Source: Octopus sinensis (lineage: Eukaryota). From it: 64,000 bases of DNA. Under the pieces are notes generated by a model. It made no database searches, had not been told where the DNA came from, and saw only the letters and a list, made by a program, of their open reading frames with translations. The first letter of the stretch is position 1; every line of letters begins with the position of its first letter. Of the stretch, positions 34,904 through 49,261 are shown piece after piece. Both the position numbers and the translations under genes were made by a program. The stretch covers positions 36,766,001 to 36,830,000 of the forward strand of contig NC_043007.1 in NCBI RefSeq assembly GCF_006345805.1, in the 5' to 3' direction.

Positions 34904-37518
34904 ATGAAAAATATGCCCGTATAGTTTTTGAGACATGTGAAGGTTGCACCTTATTTTCCTTGGAGAATATCCAAGCAATGTGCCGATTGGAGGAAAGAGT
35001 TATCTATTCAACTCCTTTATTTAAATACCTTTCCATTGATGATTCCAGAGAGTGTCGAAGCTGGTCAATTGGTAACTACATAAGCCTATTGAGCAACAAA
35101 TCTTCCTGCAACACTTTGGAATCACAAGATGTAACTCTTGTTTTGGATATGCTGCAAGAATGTGCTGAGTTTTATCGTAATTATTCCTTGAGTTCATACT
35201 GTTACGACTGTGTTGGTGTTCCTGATTTCTGTAAGCAACACGATGCTGTTTACCACATTCTTCATTACCTCACAGACATTGAGTTTACATCTATTAATCC
35301 AGAATATCTACCATCTTTGAAATACGCCGTTTCTTTTCTACCAATCATCCGTAATCCTGCAACTGATGTTTTCTTTGAGCACATTGAGCGACAAAACCTC
35401 CAAGAAGACAATGTAGAATTGATAGGAGCTAATTTTGGAATCAAAGAGATTCTATTTAGAAAATATCTTTGGTCTGATAGTGTTTGGCTTATCATAACAG
35501 CTGTTAGCATTTTTCTGGCAATATGGTTCTATTCGTTGTCCCTTTTCATCACATTTATGACGTTCCTGGCAATATTCTGGTCGCTTGTTTTTGCGTACTT
35601 TTTCTACATATTTGTTCTTGGAATCGAGTTCTTCCCATATATGAATATGGTCACCATCATGATAATGGTTGGAATCGGTGCTGATGATACATTCATCTAC
35701 TGCAGAATTTGGAATCGAACAAAAGCTGAGAAGACTGCCAAAGATCTTGAGGAAATGGTTATCACTACTCTCAGACATGCCGTTATGTCAATGCTCGTAT
35801 CAAGCTTAACAACTGCCGCTGCTTTCCTTGCCAACGCCATTAGTGACATCATTGCAATTCGTTGTTTTAGTATTTATGTTGGAATATCAGTGATGTGTAA
35901 TTTCTTTTTCATGGTTACTTGGATGCCTGCGACTATTGTTCTCCATGAGAACCATTGCTCAAAAGTTCATTGTACAGGAATCATTACCAAAATGCATTTC
36001 TTCTCATGCAAACGACTGACTAAAGGATGTAAATTCGTATCAATCATTTCTCAAAAATTTTTTAAAGAATTTCTACCAAATCAAATTGTCAAGCATCCTT
36101 ATATTTTGTTGCTTTTTTTTGGAATGGTTGGCATAGCCTCAGCTGTTATTGTTTTCATCTACCCTGGAGTAAAATTACCAACCAAAGAAAAATTCCAGTA
36201 CTTTTCTTCCAACCACCTCCTGGAAGTTTATGACATCAAACTGTGGAATCATTTTTGGTTTGAGAAAGCAGAAATAGATGCATTTCCTCTCATGCCCATC
36301 ACTGTCGTTTGGGGAATAATGCCCAAAGACAATGGTCATATCTTGAACCCTTATGACCATGGAACATTAGAATTCGACAATGAGTTCAGTTTAGAATCAG
36401 CAGCTGCCCAAACTTGGTTGATGGATTTCTGTAGTAGAGTACGTCAGCAACCATTTTACCAGAATATTCCTGGTTATGCCATAACTAATTGCTTCTTTGA
36501 AAACTTCCGACATTATATGAGTACACCATGTATTGGTAAACATCGCAAACTGCAAGGCTGTTGTAATATCACTGAATTCCCTTACAGTGCTGAACTCCTG
36601 AAGAGATGCTTAGAAATCTACATCCCCATACTGATGGATACCCCTTATATTGGCCCCTATTATACCAGTTATCATCTTCCGGGACCAAGGTTTCAGGACA
36701 AACGCATGCGTGCTTTTTTTGTGGAGTTTAGTAGCACGACTCCTTTTACATATGCTTATGAAAACCTTTATGCCTTTTACAATGAAATTAATGAATGGGT
36801 GCAGAACGAGATAAAAGCTGCCCCACCTGAACTCTCCCGGGGTTGGTTTGTCAGTTACTTACAGTTCTTTGATCTACAAGGTAGCATCCTGCATGGCCTA
36901 CCGATTGCTATGGCCCTGTCCCTAAGTGTAGCTGGAGCTGTGATATTTCTGACAACCCTTAATGTACTTCTGAGTATATATGCCATGTTTTCAGTCATTT
37001 TCACCATTCTCACTACTGTTGCTCTTCTCATTCTTCTCGGCTGGGAGCTGAACATTCTAGAGTCTGTAGTCATCACCGTGGCTATTGGTATGTCAATTGA
37101 CTTCACCCTTCATTACAGTGTAGCTTATCGACTGTCAGCTCACAGCGAGAGGAGCGCTCGTGTCATCTCATCCATCAGCTCCATTGGATCTGCCGTTGCT
37201 ATGGCATCCTTCACAACATTTATTGCTGGTTTGCTTATGCTCCCGGCAACCGTTTTGGTCTTTAGACAGTTTGGAATCTTTCTCATGATCATCATATCTA
37301 GCAGTTGGTTATATGCCACTTTCTTTTTTCAGCCATTATTATGTGTACTCGGACCAACTGGAGATTTCGGTCAATTTTATTGGCCCAAGTTTAGATGCTG
37401 CTTAAAATCCTCTCCGGAATCAGAACCTTCATCTTTGAATGAAAAGCAAGATGACAGAAACATTGAATTAAATGTTCTCAAAGATAATGGTGATAACACA
37501 GACAATCCTGAATTGTAA
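34904..37518 (+). CDS. disp: Dispatched terminal exon (rest of ECD1, SSD TM2-6, ECD2, TM7-12)
   Basis: ttccag acceptor phase 1 (D-EKYARIVF cf. DRYSRVVF); SWSIGNYISLL, GANFGIK, FFPYMN, GIGADD (35671-35688), TLRHAVMSMLVSSLTTAAAF, GMSIDFTLHY (37087-), FRQFGIF; TAA at 37516-37518. Confidence 0.97.
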
Positions 37519-37634
37519 TATATTTTGTAATATAGAAGAGAGAGGTGGGATTTTATGGGGTTAATCTGGCCCCCTGTGTGTTCTGGGTTTAAAATTCTAC
37601 CAAAGTTGATTTTCATTATCATTCTTCAAATGTA

Positions 37635-37640
37635 AATAAA
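37635..37640 (+). terminator. Candidate polyadenylation signal of disp
   Basis: AATAAA ~120 nt after stop; unverified. Confidence 0.35.
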
Positions 37641-38297
37641 TTAAATACCAGTAATTTACTGAGGTCAGTTCAGTCAATCATACAATGTCTTCTTTTTACA
37701 GAAGTTTATTTCTTATGTCCTATCAAAAAGAAATTCATACTTTGTTGCTGTTAATATTATTATTGTTATTGTTGTTTAACTTCAGACCAACCCTGATTAA
37801 GCAGACTAATGGAAAGTCATTCCAGCCATGAACATTCTGTCTTTTATTCAGACATAATGTATCCAGTGTTTTCTTGTTTTCTTTTGTAAGATGATATGGT
37901 GTGACTTGATGGGTATTTGGTAGCTATTTCTAGCAGATCAAGTAACCACACAAAAGCTCCCTCATTGGCAACTTTGATGTTATTTAGCCTTAGGTCAACT
38001 CTGGTTAAATAGGTCTTAGATGAAAGGCATTCCAGCCATGACTATCTCATCTTTTTGTTCGGATAGGGTGACTAAACAGACCTTTGAGATAAGGTGTTTT
38101 AACAACGTACAGGTTTCTTTTGCTTTAGATATAGTGTATATAGAACTACATAATTCAATGTGTCCTTCTTGTATTAAGGGATGTTAAAGTGTGATTTGAC
38201 GGAGATTTGGCTGTCTTTTCTAGCATGTGGAACAGCAATCTCAAAATTTTATTGTCCACTCATATTACTATGTATATATATATATATATATATATAC

Positions 38298-38545
38298 ACA
38301 AATAAATGAAAGAATGGAGTTGAATGACGAATTAACAAAATTCCTTTAGGAATTTTGTTAATTCGTCGTTCAACTCCATTCTTTCATTTATTTGTATTAA
38401 AAAAACACACAAATTTCCACACGAAAGCACGTCATCTCTGCCCTTGGCATGTAGCTTCAACCGTGTTTTTCTGACGTGAATTTGCTACCCAGGTATCGGT
38501 TAACCGAATTATCCTTAATAAAATAATTCATTCAACTACTCAAAT
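38298..38545. mobile_element. Penelope-like fold-back element, copy 1
   Basis: 98-bp palindrome 38298-38395 followed by ~150-bp body shared with 48821-49172; flanked by (TA)n. Confidence 0.75.
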
Positions 38546-39371
38546 ATATATATATATATATATATACAATAAGGCAGTAAGCTGGCAAAATTGTTAGCAT
38601 GCCAGCCAAAATGACTGAGACAAGTAAAAGAATAAATGACTATCAAACGTTTGTTTAGTCATTATATCTGAATAAATGATGAGATGGTCATAGCCCCATA
38701 AAATTGTTGAGACTATCAAAGTTTTTGTGAGAGGGGCTAAATTGCCTCAATTTTTTAGATTTAGTGCTTTTCCCATGTGGTTTAACTTGAGATCAATTGG
38801 TCATCACTCAGATATTCAACTCTCACTTTGTTGGTCAGTTGATTGTTTAGTGACGAGAAATACAAGCAAATGACAGAGCGTAGAGGGAGGTATTGATAGA
38901 TGGAGAGAGGAAGGCAAAGAGAAAATGCTACATGCATTTGTAAAGATGCATGTCTTTTGAAAGTAACGTTTGGAAATGTTTTCTATAATCCAACCAATGC
39001 AATATTTTTTTCCATTTGAAAGTTTTTATGTCTTCTCTCAATCAAATTAACTATTTTAATTTTCAATGATTCTGACATATATATAATTTAATGTACACTG
39101 TATTAGAATAAGTGCTACTAATAATTTCTTGCCATTGAGACATGTGGTCAGGCAGATTTTTATAACATGTCTTGTGTCTCCAAGCAATCTGCAGGCTTTG
39201 GGCATGTAGTTTTTACTATTTCTTGTGTTTTCTTATGTGCCAGAATGAGAAAAAACCCAGAAGTTTGATGCAAAAATTAGATTAAGACAAAGTATAAATA
39301 AAAATGGAAAAAGAAGGAAAGAAAAGAGATTTGAAGCTACATTCCCTTTAGCCATAGAAATCATTATTAAA

Positions 39372-39491
39372 CTAGCTGGTGTTGAATAATTCATTGGAGA
39401 GGAATCCGAAGTCTGTGAGATAGCTGCTGAATCCAGGGAGAGTGATGTCTTCCAGTTTGCCAAAAGAAATTTGTCCATATGCTTGCATTTG
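39372..39491 (-). CDS. Candidate terminal exon of an unidentified convergent gene
   Basis: aaattttcag acceptor; phase 0 reads QMQAYGQISFGKLEDITLPGFSSYLTDFGFLSNELFNTS*; the other two frames are also open for >30 codons, so frame is uncertain. Confidence 0.35.
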   Translation of the reverse strand, partial: QMQAYGQISFGKLEDITLPGFSSYLTDFGFLSNELFNTS

Positions 39492-41499
39492 CTGAAAATT
39501 TCAGATCTAGAATTTAAGTAGTGTGGCGGAATTCTTGAATCTAAAAAGAATGTGTGATCTGGTTCCTTCTTTTTATTTCATTTTTATTTACCCTTTGTTT
39601 TCTTATTCCACTTTTTGCATCAACATTCTCATTTTTTCTCATGTATCAGCATTCTGATTTTCAAATAGAACAAACCGTGTGCCCAAATTGGTCCCAGTAC
39701 TTATATATATATATTTGTAATATATTCTTTAGTCTCTGCCTACTGCCCTCCCCACTCTCTCTCAAACACACACCATACACAAAAATACACATAAAATATA
39801 TTTGAGAAATCAATTAAAAATAAGACAAAGAAAATATATCTAAGTTTAAAAAGTTTTATTTGTATAATTTCAAGTTTCTTCTACTAATGTAATTTTTTTA
39901 AAGCTAAAGTGGTCAAATCATAAAAAAAAAAAATCAATTAATATTATAATTGTTATAACAATCAAATGTTGTCCATCAGCCTCAGGAACATGTCTTAACA
40001 ATGTTTACCAGTTCTAATAAATAATCTATTAATCATCATATAAACTTCAAAACTTTTGATAACAGATTTAATTTTCTTTACAACCATGGCCAATATTTTT
40101 CCCTTTTGTTTATTGATTAAAATTTTTCTTCCATAATTATTAAAAGTTTTTTATTGCAAAAAAAAAAGGTTAATAATGGTTTCTAACATAAATATAAGGC
40201 CACAATTTTTGTGGGGATGGGCAAGGTCAATTAAATTGACCTCTGGCATTGGACCGGTACATATTTTATCAACCCACTTTCCAAAAGGACATGAAGTGGA
40301 TTTCAAACAAAGAACATAAAAGAATGTTGCTAAAAAAAAAAACGAGGGATGAGGCACGTTTTGTCTGCACCTATATCAGTGGTTAGAGCATCAGGCTCAC
40401 AATCATGAGATTGTGAGTTCAATTCCTGGACCAGGCTGTGTGTTGTGTTCTTGAGCAAGATGCTTTATTTCACATTGCTCCAGTGCACTGTAGAAATGAG
40501 TTGCAATGTCATTGGTACCAAGTTGTATTGGCTTTTGCTTTTCCTTAGACAACATTGGTGGCATGGTGAGGGGAAACTGCTATGCATGGGTGACTGCTGG
40601 TCTTCCACAAACAACCTCACCTGGACTTGTGCCTTGGAGGGTAACTTTCTAGGTGTAATCCCATAGTCATTCATGATTGTAGGGGTTTCTTTACCCTTTT
40701 TTTTAATATCCAGTTATCCATTCATTGCTCTTGCATTAATGAAATAATTGCATTTAAATGAGTGGAGAAAATTGCAAAGTGGAGTGGAGGAAAATGAAGA
40801 CGAAAAGTCAGCAGTAAAAGGCTGTGTATGTTAAAATTCTTAGTCATTTCATTATTTTTAGCTTTTATTTCTTTTTCTTTTATGTTTTATTTGCTTTAAT
40901 CAATGGACTGCAGCCATGTTGGAGTACTGCATTCATTAAAAAAAAAACCCATCGAAATCAGAAACAGAAAAGAAAAAATTAAAAGATTCTTTTGTTATTA
41001 GTAATTTGTTTTTGTTTTTGTCATCAATATCCCCAAACTGTGAAGTTGTTTTCACTTGAGAGTAATAGCTGAATGTGTGTTTAACCGTTTTTCATACATG
41101 AAACTATTGTATTTGGCCCATGTTTATGTGTGTGTGTGTGTATATATATATATACATACACTCACACATACATGTGCACACACACACACAGGGGTTGTGT
41201 GAGGTTTTTGAGGTATCTTAAGTATCACCAATTAAAAGGCTTTTATTTCTTTCAGATATTCTGTGGCAGATAAAATGTTAAAACAAGAAATGGAAAGAGA
41301 GAAGAGTCATTCTTGCCGTATGTGCAGATCACAGTAATTTAGAAATTGCCAACCTCTAAGTGTTGCAAGATCTTTTGTTTGGATAGAATTGGAAGCCTCT
41401 GATGGGAATATTTCAATGGTATCAACAAAGTAGAAAACATTCTGTGTATTTAGATACTACAATTCATCCATTAGATTCAAAACATTATCGATTGTGACC

Positions 41500-41910
41500 C
41501 CAGAAAATCAATGAGAGCTGTCATCTAAGAACTTTAGGTGTTGGAGTGGATTATCAGAACTGTGTTGTGCAAAGGGATTTGATACAAGTCATGACTACTG
41601 AGTGGAGGCCCATGCATGCCTACAAAGACACAACAAAACTGTATGATCCATGCCAAGTGGTTTACTTAACAAGGTTAAGAACCCTCACAAACATAGCAGG
41701 TTTTGGTTCTTCTCAGATGAGAAAAAGTTTGACAATAGACAAAAGTCTAGCAGAGGAGATATGACATGGTTATGTGGAGATAGTTCCGATGTCACAACTT
41801 GATACACAATGTGAGGCATAGTTTCCGGCGATTGTGCTGGATTTATGAGTGGTGAGTAACAATGGTCATGTCATGCTGCCTGCATCCTTCCACAGGATCT
41901 TAGAGTTTAC
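41500..41910 (+). mobile_element. Tc1/mariner (maT/DD37D-like) transposase remnant
   Basis: NPHKHSRFWFFSDEKKFD...WLCGDSSDV...FPAIVLDL*VVSNNGHVMLP, multiple stops/frameshifts. Confidence 0.7.
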
Positions 41911-43694
41911 ATTTTTATCACTTGGATGGGAAGAAAAGCAGTGAGCATGACTCTTTACAGGACCTCCAACCCCAAGACAGGAAAGAGCAAAAGAAGAAGG
42001 TACCTTAAACTGGAGACCCAGTTCAAATGCATGTAAGTTAATGGCACATAAAGACAATGTTGTGATGTTAAACAGGGCAGGAAATAAGGTCTGCCACTTA
42101 AGCAGCTTATGGCACAATTTGAACCCAAAGGCTTATGGCACGATTTGAGCTCAAAGGGCTGGAACAAACACTAATATGTTTATCTTATTGTCTTTGCCAA
42201 TTAACCCCAACATATGATTAATTTAGCAACTCTAGAAGAATGATTGATTTTTTTCATTCTGCCTTTTTCTGCTGACTTTTCGTCTTCAATTTCCTCCACT
42301 CCACTTTGCAATTTCCTTCACTCATTTACACTTGTCTTCCCTTGTTCTACACTTGATTTCTCTGTCTTTCTGCATGTACTCAATGTGTTAGAGTACCTTT
42401 GATGCATTCTGAGCGAGTGCTATGAATCTTGTCATTAATTTTTCTTCTCTGCTCTATTGCTTTCTATGTATCTCTCTCAACCACTTTTTGCTGCAGAGCG
42501 ATTTATATGGTGGCACCAAAGCAGCATCCTGAGGGGAAAAGAGCAACAAGGTGTCCTAAAACCACATGGTAAAGGACCATTGATAAAGAAAGGAGATGAG
42601 AAGGGTGAAGGAGCTGGAATGAGACCAGAACAGTGTCAGAAAACAGAACTGGTTGGAGAGATCATGTTGCAGCCACCTCATGGCACAGAGTGAACTAACA
42701 AACTAAGAGTAATGAAAAAGATGATGAATTTGTCAGGGACAGGATTTAAACTCAGAATGAAAAAGTTGTAACAAGGAACTAAAATTGACGATGCTGGTGG
42801 TTTTGCAGTAGAAGTATATGGCTAATTGAATTGTTACTTATTTTATCAAATTTGGAGAGATGAAAAGTGAAGATCACCCTGACAAAGGGTAAACTCAAAA
42901 TATTAAGGGATGTGACTAAATATAAAAATTTGTTTATTTCAATGCTTCACTAGTTCTGGTTCAGAGGAAATCATTTGTGAATAAACTCAAAGGTGATAAC
43001 TCCCTTAATGGTTGACATGTTGACTCAAATAAATTTGGTTATTTTTTTTAAAGAACAAAAAGCAAGATTGTAAGTTAAGAGATAAAGAACAAAATAGAAG
43101 AATAAAAGAGGTATATCTAGAGTTCAGACTGATAAATAGAGTCTCAGTTGTAAAAAGTAGAAAAAAAGAAGACAAAAATTTTTAAGTGGAATTTTATTGA
43201 AGATTGCTTCCCATCCACATGGTTTCAGGTTCAATCCCACTGAGTCTTCTACAATAGCTCCAGGCTGGCCGAAACTTTGAATGGATTTGGTAGAATGAAA
43301 CTGAAAGAAGGCAGCGAGCTAATATAGATATCTTACTTAATAGAGGTTATTTCTCTTAATTATACACACACACACACACATATACATAGATATACATATA
43401 TATTAGAAACAAGTTAAAAATAATGCTCATTACATATTTTGTCTTTATTGGAGCAATAAAAGAATATGTAATGGCCATTATTTTTAACTTCTTTGTGTAA
43501 AAACCAGTTTGTCTGGAGCCCACCCACAGATTTACAATACACAATTATGATGAACCATAACCTTGGACCCTACCACAAGATTATCTGAAGTTCTTCACTA
43601 ATCTAAATAATATTGTTAGCTTGGTGTGCCAATAGAGAGCTTATGAAGTACCTTGCCTGGATTGATAATAATCCTTAACTATTTGATATATATG

Positions 43695-43945
43695 TGGTGG
43701 CGCGTGGCTTAGTGGTTAGGTAGTCAGCATCATGATCATAAGATTGTGGTTTCAATTCCTGGACCGGGCGATGCAATGTGTTCTTGAGCAAAACACTTCA
43801 TTTCACGTTGCTCCAGTTCACTCAGCTGGCAAAAATGAGTAACACTGCGATGGACTGGCTTCCCCGTCCAGCTGGGGAACACATACGCCATAGAAACCGG
43901 GGAAACTGGGCCCATGAGCCTGGCTAGGCTTTAAAAGGGCACATT
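43695..43945 (+). mobile_element. SINE family D
   Basis: Same head as 16322. Confidence 0.85.
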
Positions 43946-43974
43946 TTTAAACCTTTTTATTTGATATATATGTG

Positions 43975-44277
43975 ATCACCATGACCGACCGGACTATCAG
44001 ATGTTGCTACACATCGCTGGTCACAATGCGCTTTGCATTGTTTTAGCCTTCAAATGACACCACCCCGCTGGCTAAGCGAGCAGGCCAACAGAAGAAAGAA
44101 TGAGAGAAAGTTGTGGCGAAAGAGTACAGCAGGGACCGCCACCAACCCCTGTCGGAGCCTCATGGAGCTTTAGGTGTTTTCGCTCAATAAACACACACAA
44201 CGCCCGGTCTGGGAATTGAAACCGCGATCCTACGACCGTGAGTCCGCTGCCCTAACCACTGGGACATTGCGCCTCCA
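43975..44277 (-). mobile_element. SINE family C
   Basis: Near-identical to 416-714. Confidence 0.85.
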
Positions 44278-44288
44278 CATATATGTAT

Positions 44289-44334
<46 letters not shown>

Positions 44335-44658
44335 ATATATATATATTATTATATATATATATATATATACATACACACATGCACACACATATATGTATAT
44401 ATATATATACACACACACACACATGTATATGTGTGTGTGTGTTACTGTCTCCTTGCCTTGAATTTGTGTGATAGTTGTAAACGAGTGTCACCTTCATGCA
44501 AGTGTCGTCTTTTGTTTCCAATTGTCTGTAAAAAACATGTCTGGTCAAAGGGAAGTATTACCATACTCGGAAACAGACAAGAGTTGGCAACAGGAAGGGC
44601 TTCTGACTGCAGAAAAATCTGCCTCAGCAAATTCTCTACAAGCCATGTGAGCATTAAC

Positions 44659-44733
44659 CCTCTTGCAACACCTAGGCCAAATGATTGGCCCAAGTGATAT
44701 AAGCTGAAAGGACTTTGAGGCCAATCCATCAGC
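44659..44733 (-). CDS. Candidate exon of the convergent gene
   Basis: Strong tgtttctttcatcag acceptor, agg|gttaat donor; two open frames (ADGLASKSFQLISLGPIIWPRCCKR or LMDWPQSPFSLYHLGQSFGLGVAR). Confidence 0.35.
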
Positions 44734-45369
44734 CTGATGAAAGAAACATTTTGAAGTGTAATAGCCAGTCAGTAGATATAATATAAAGCCCTAATATATA
44801 TAATATAAAAACCATAATATATATATATATATATATATATAGTTTTACATACAAATAAAGTAGTTTTAGGCACTTTATCCTTTGTTTTCTACATGCACCC
44901 ATCACTTTCAATCTCAACAGTAAAAAAAAGGTCTTTTTGGCTACACATACCAAAACACCATGTGTCTCAAAAGGGTTAAAACAATGATGATGATGATGGT
45001 GTGATTATGCACATTATACAGGCCTCATTTGAGCTGGTATAATTGGTATAGCAACTGAAAAAAACCCCAGTTTTGTGGTTATTTCATCCGATTCTTTATG
45101 TTCTGAGTTCAAATCTCACAGAAGTCAACTTTGGTTTTCATCCCTACATGGTTGATAAATTAAATACCAGTCAAGTGCCAGGGTCAATAGTAACACCCTC
45201 CCCACATAACTACTGGCTTTCTGTCTAAATTTTTAATGTGCCTTTTAATCCTTTAAATGAAATCTTCAAATTATAAAAAAAATATTATGTAAGTCTACAG
45301 GTCAACTAGCAAGGAAATTAACTACTATTGACATATACGTAAATGATCTCACTTAACCACCTCAGTGGT

Positions 45370-45598
45370 TTAACCCTTTAGTATTTAAACCGGCCATATC
45401 CGGCCAAAAGTACTCTGCCTGTTTTATGTTCAAACTGGCCATATCTGGTCTCTCACACCAACCCTACAATATCATCTTAAAAATTAACAACTACCTCATC
45501 AAAATCTCAAAGCTAGAAGATAAGGCATGATTAGTTCAAAACAATGTGGATAAAAAAGGATTAATTTTGGCAGAATAATGTGAACACTAAAGGGTTAA
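45370..45598. mobile_element. piggyBac-like MITE
   Basis: TTAA|CCCTTTAGTATT ... AACACTAAAGGG|TTAA. Confidence 0.85.
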
Positions 45599-45759
45599 GA
45601 TTTAGAAAACAAATGGGAAAAATCTTTTTCTGCAATGCTCAAAGCACCAACAGAAGTTAAGGCTACTTCCTTTGTACTGTAAAACATCTGTTTGTTGAGA
45701 AACTCAGACTGTGTCAGTCAACTGACTTCTAGTAATAAATATTCAGCCGCTTTGATTAC

Positions 45760-45794
45760 CTTGGAAACTATCAGTAACATAGATTGATAGGTTT
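45760..45794 (-). CDS. Candidate 35-nt exon of the convergent gene
   Basis: ttttatacaattacag acceptor, caag|gtaatc donor; [11 protein letters not shown] ends phase 0. Confidence 0.3.
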
Positions 45795-45892
45795 CTGTAA
45801 TTGTATAAAATATATAAATTAATTCCATATTCATTATATTGAGTATTTCTCCCAGTGATATATGGAATTTACTTGATCCCTCTCCCTCTCTC

Positions 45893-46917
<1,025 letters not shown>

Positions 46918-47699
46918 AACAATAAACTTTGTAGCTCCCTCAAAGTTTCTAGACCTTCATAGTCTTATTTCTATATGTAGTTGTTACTGTCATTCTTGTT
47001 GTTGTTGCTCAACTCCAGTCCAAACATGACTAACCCGACCTACAGTCAGAGCTAATTCAGCTGTGATCTACCTCATCATTTTGCATATTTATAAAATCTT
47101 TGTCCAATCTACCCTTCCAGTGGGGGGTGTTTTGAGAGATTTACTGTTATAGTTAACAATTCCAGCGACATATTTTGGCTCCTTCAGCTATTATTGTTTA
47201 GCTCCAAGGCAGCCCTAAGAGACCAGAACTGTGTACAAATGCATGTAAAACCAGTTTTTCTATGTGTACAGAACCTAGGACCATATTATTGAAGTTGTCC
47301 TTTTGTGTGATTTGAGGGAGATTTAATTGCTATGTGTAGCAAGTCAAGCAAATGCACAAAAGCTCCCCTTGCTTGCTCAGTAACCCTAAGTATTTATTTG
47401 TGGCATTAATATTTTCTGGTGTCTTTTTGGCAAGAATCACGAGCTTGAATGTTGTATTTATGACGTTTGCATTAATTTTGTTTTATGTTTTACCTTTTTT
47501 TGTAACAGAGCATAATTAAAATCTGTATTTCTTGACAACTATAAGAATGCAGCTATGACACATATCACCAATACCTACACCATCCAGAAGATGAGACCAT
47601 GATGGACCAGAACTATAGATTGGCTGAGAGACTTAATTGTTCCACAGAAAATGCATAGGGCTCATAAGGAAATTTAAAGAAAATGATTAACTTCTCAGA

Positions 47700-47926
47700 A
47701 TAAACATGTTTTACTAGTACACACACACACATATGCACACATGTACATACACACCATTCATGCGTATGCATGTGTATATTTTATATATATTTATGCATGT
47801 GTCTTTATATACATATACCTCTACATCTATATGTATATATATACATGTGTGTATGTGTATACATTATAAATATATCTGTGTTTAAGTGTGTGTTTATGTA
47901 GGTATATATATGTAAATATACATACA

Positions 47927-47985
<59 letters not shown>

Positions 47986-48071
47986 ATAATATATATGTAT
48001 GTATATATATATGTATATGTATGTATATATATATATGTATATGTATGTATATATATATGTATATATATATG

Positions 48072-48110
<39 letters not shown>

Positions 48111-48165
48111 TATATATATATAATATATATATATATATCTACGAGAGATTTAGAAATTTAGTATT

Positions 48166-48212
<47 letters not shown>

Positions 48213-48215
48213 CAC
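47700..48215. repeat. Compound (TA)n/(TATG)n microsatellite
   Basis: Directly visible. Confidence 0.95.
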
Positions 48216-48791
48216 ACAAACACTGATGATGAACAAAGTAGGACTAATAACAAAATAAAAAAAAGGGATAGACAGTCCTGCCTCACCCTACCAAAGATAA
48301 TTCAAGAGGAAAAAAATCTCTTCCAAAATGGCTGGACGATAGACAGGCAGGATGGCAAGATGACAAAGAGAAAAAAAATGTCTGAAACTCCCAAAAAATG
48401 TGGGGATGTGGGGGTCAGCGGTGTCAGTTATCTTCAAATATTCGGTAGATGATCAAATTTCCCTTTTAACTTGGACTGGTATGTGGTTTTGGTCGGCACT
48501 GGTGAGGTAGTCTGCATTGTTATGATGGATGGTAAATTACTGAAGGCAAACTGAAAGAAGAAAATATTACTATTAATGCAATAAGTTAATCAATTAATTT
48601 AATATATAATGTATATATTTGGACATTCAATATATATATATATATATATATATACCAGTTGAGTTGAGTTAAGCAAGCGCTATATGAGAGAGATTTTCTT
48701 TAAGTATTAGAAATAGCTTTAAAAAAGTTTCTTAGCTGCTATTTCTAATGAGTTCATATGCGGCAAAGTAATTTATTTTACTAAGCCCTTT

Positions 48792-48820
<29 letters not shown>

Positions 48821-48823
<3 letters not shown>

Positions 48824-49171
48824 GAATAAATGAAAAGAATGGAGTCGAACGAAGATTTTAACAAAATTCCTTTACTTTCGACATATGTTTCGAAGACCGC
48901 ACACTCTTAATTCTGAAGGAATGAAGGTTGCTTCAGAATTAAGAGTGTGCGGTCTTCGAAACATATGTCGAAAGTAAAGCAATTTTGTTAAAATCTTCGT
49001 CCGACTCCATTCTTTTCATTTATTCATATAAAAAAATCACACAAATTCCCACACACAAACACAGGGTTCTGCCCTTGGCATGTAGCTTCAACCGTGTTTT
49101 ACTGACGTGAATTTGCTACTCAGGTATCGATTAACCGAATTATCCATACTAGGATAATTCATTCACCTACT

Positions 49172-49172
<1 letters not shown>
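48821..49172. mobile_element. Penelope-like fold-back element, copy 2
   Basis: 208-bp palindrome 48821-49028 (loop 48919-48930) plus shared body; each arm has cGAAA catatg TC gaaag. Confidence 0.8.
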
Positions 49173-49226
<54 letters not shown>

Positions 49227-49261
49227 ATATATATACATATATATATATATATATACATATA

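Noticed and set aside
44734-44750. CTGATGA-aa-GAAAC hammerhead-like string
   Set aside because: Only 2 nt between core halves, no stem II; coincides with a minus-strand splice acceptor.
47555-47660. YDTYHQYLHHPEDETMMDQNYRLAERLNCSTENA*, faintly esterase-like
   Set aside because: 35 codons, weak acceptor, in-frame stop, no neighbouring exons; likely chance.
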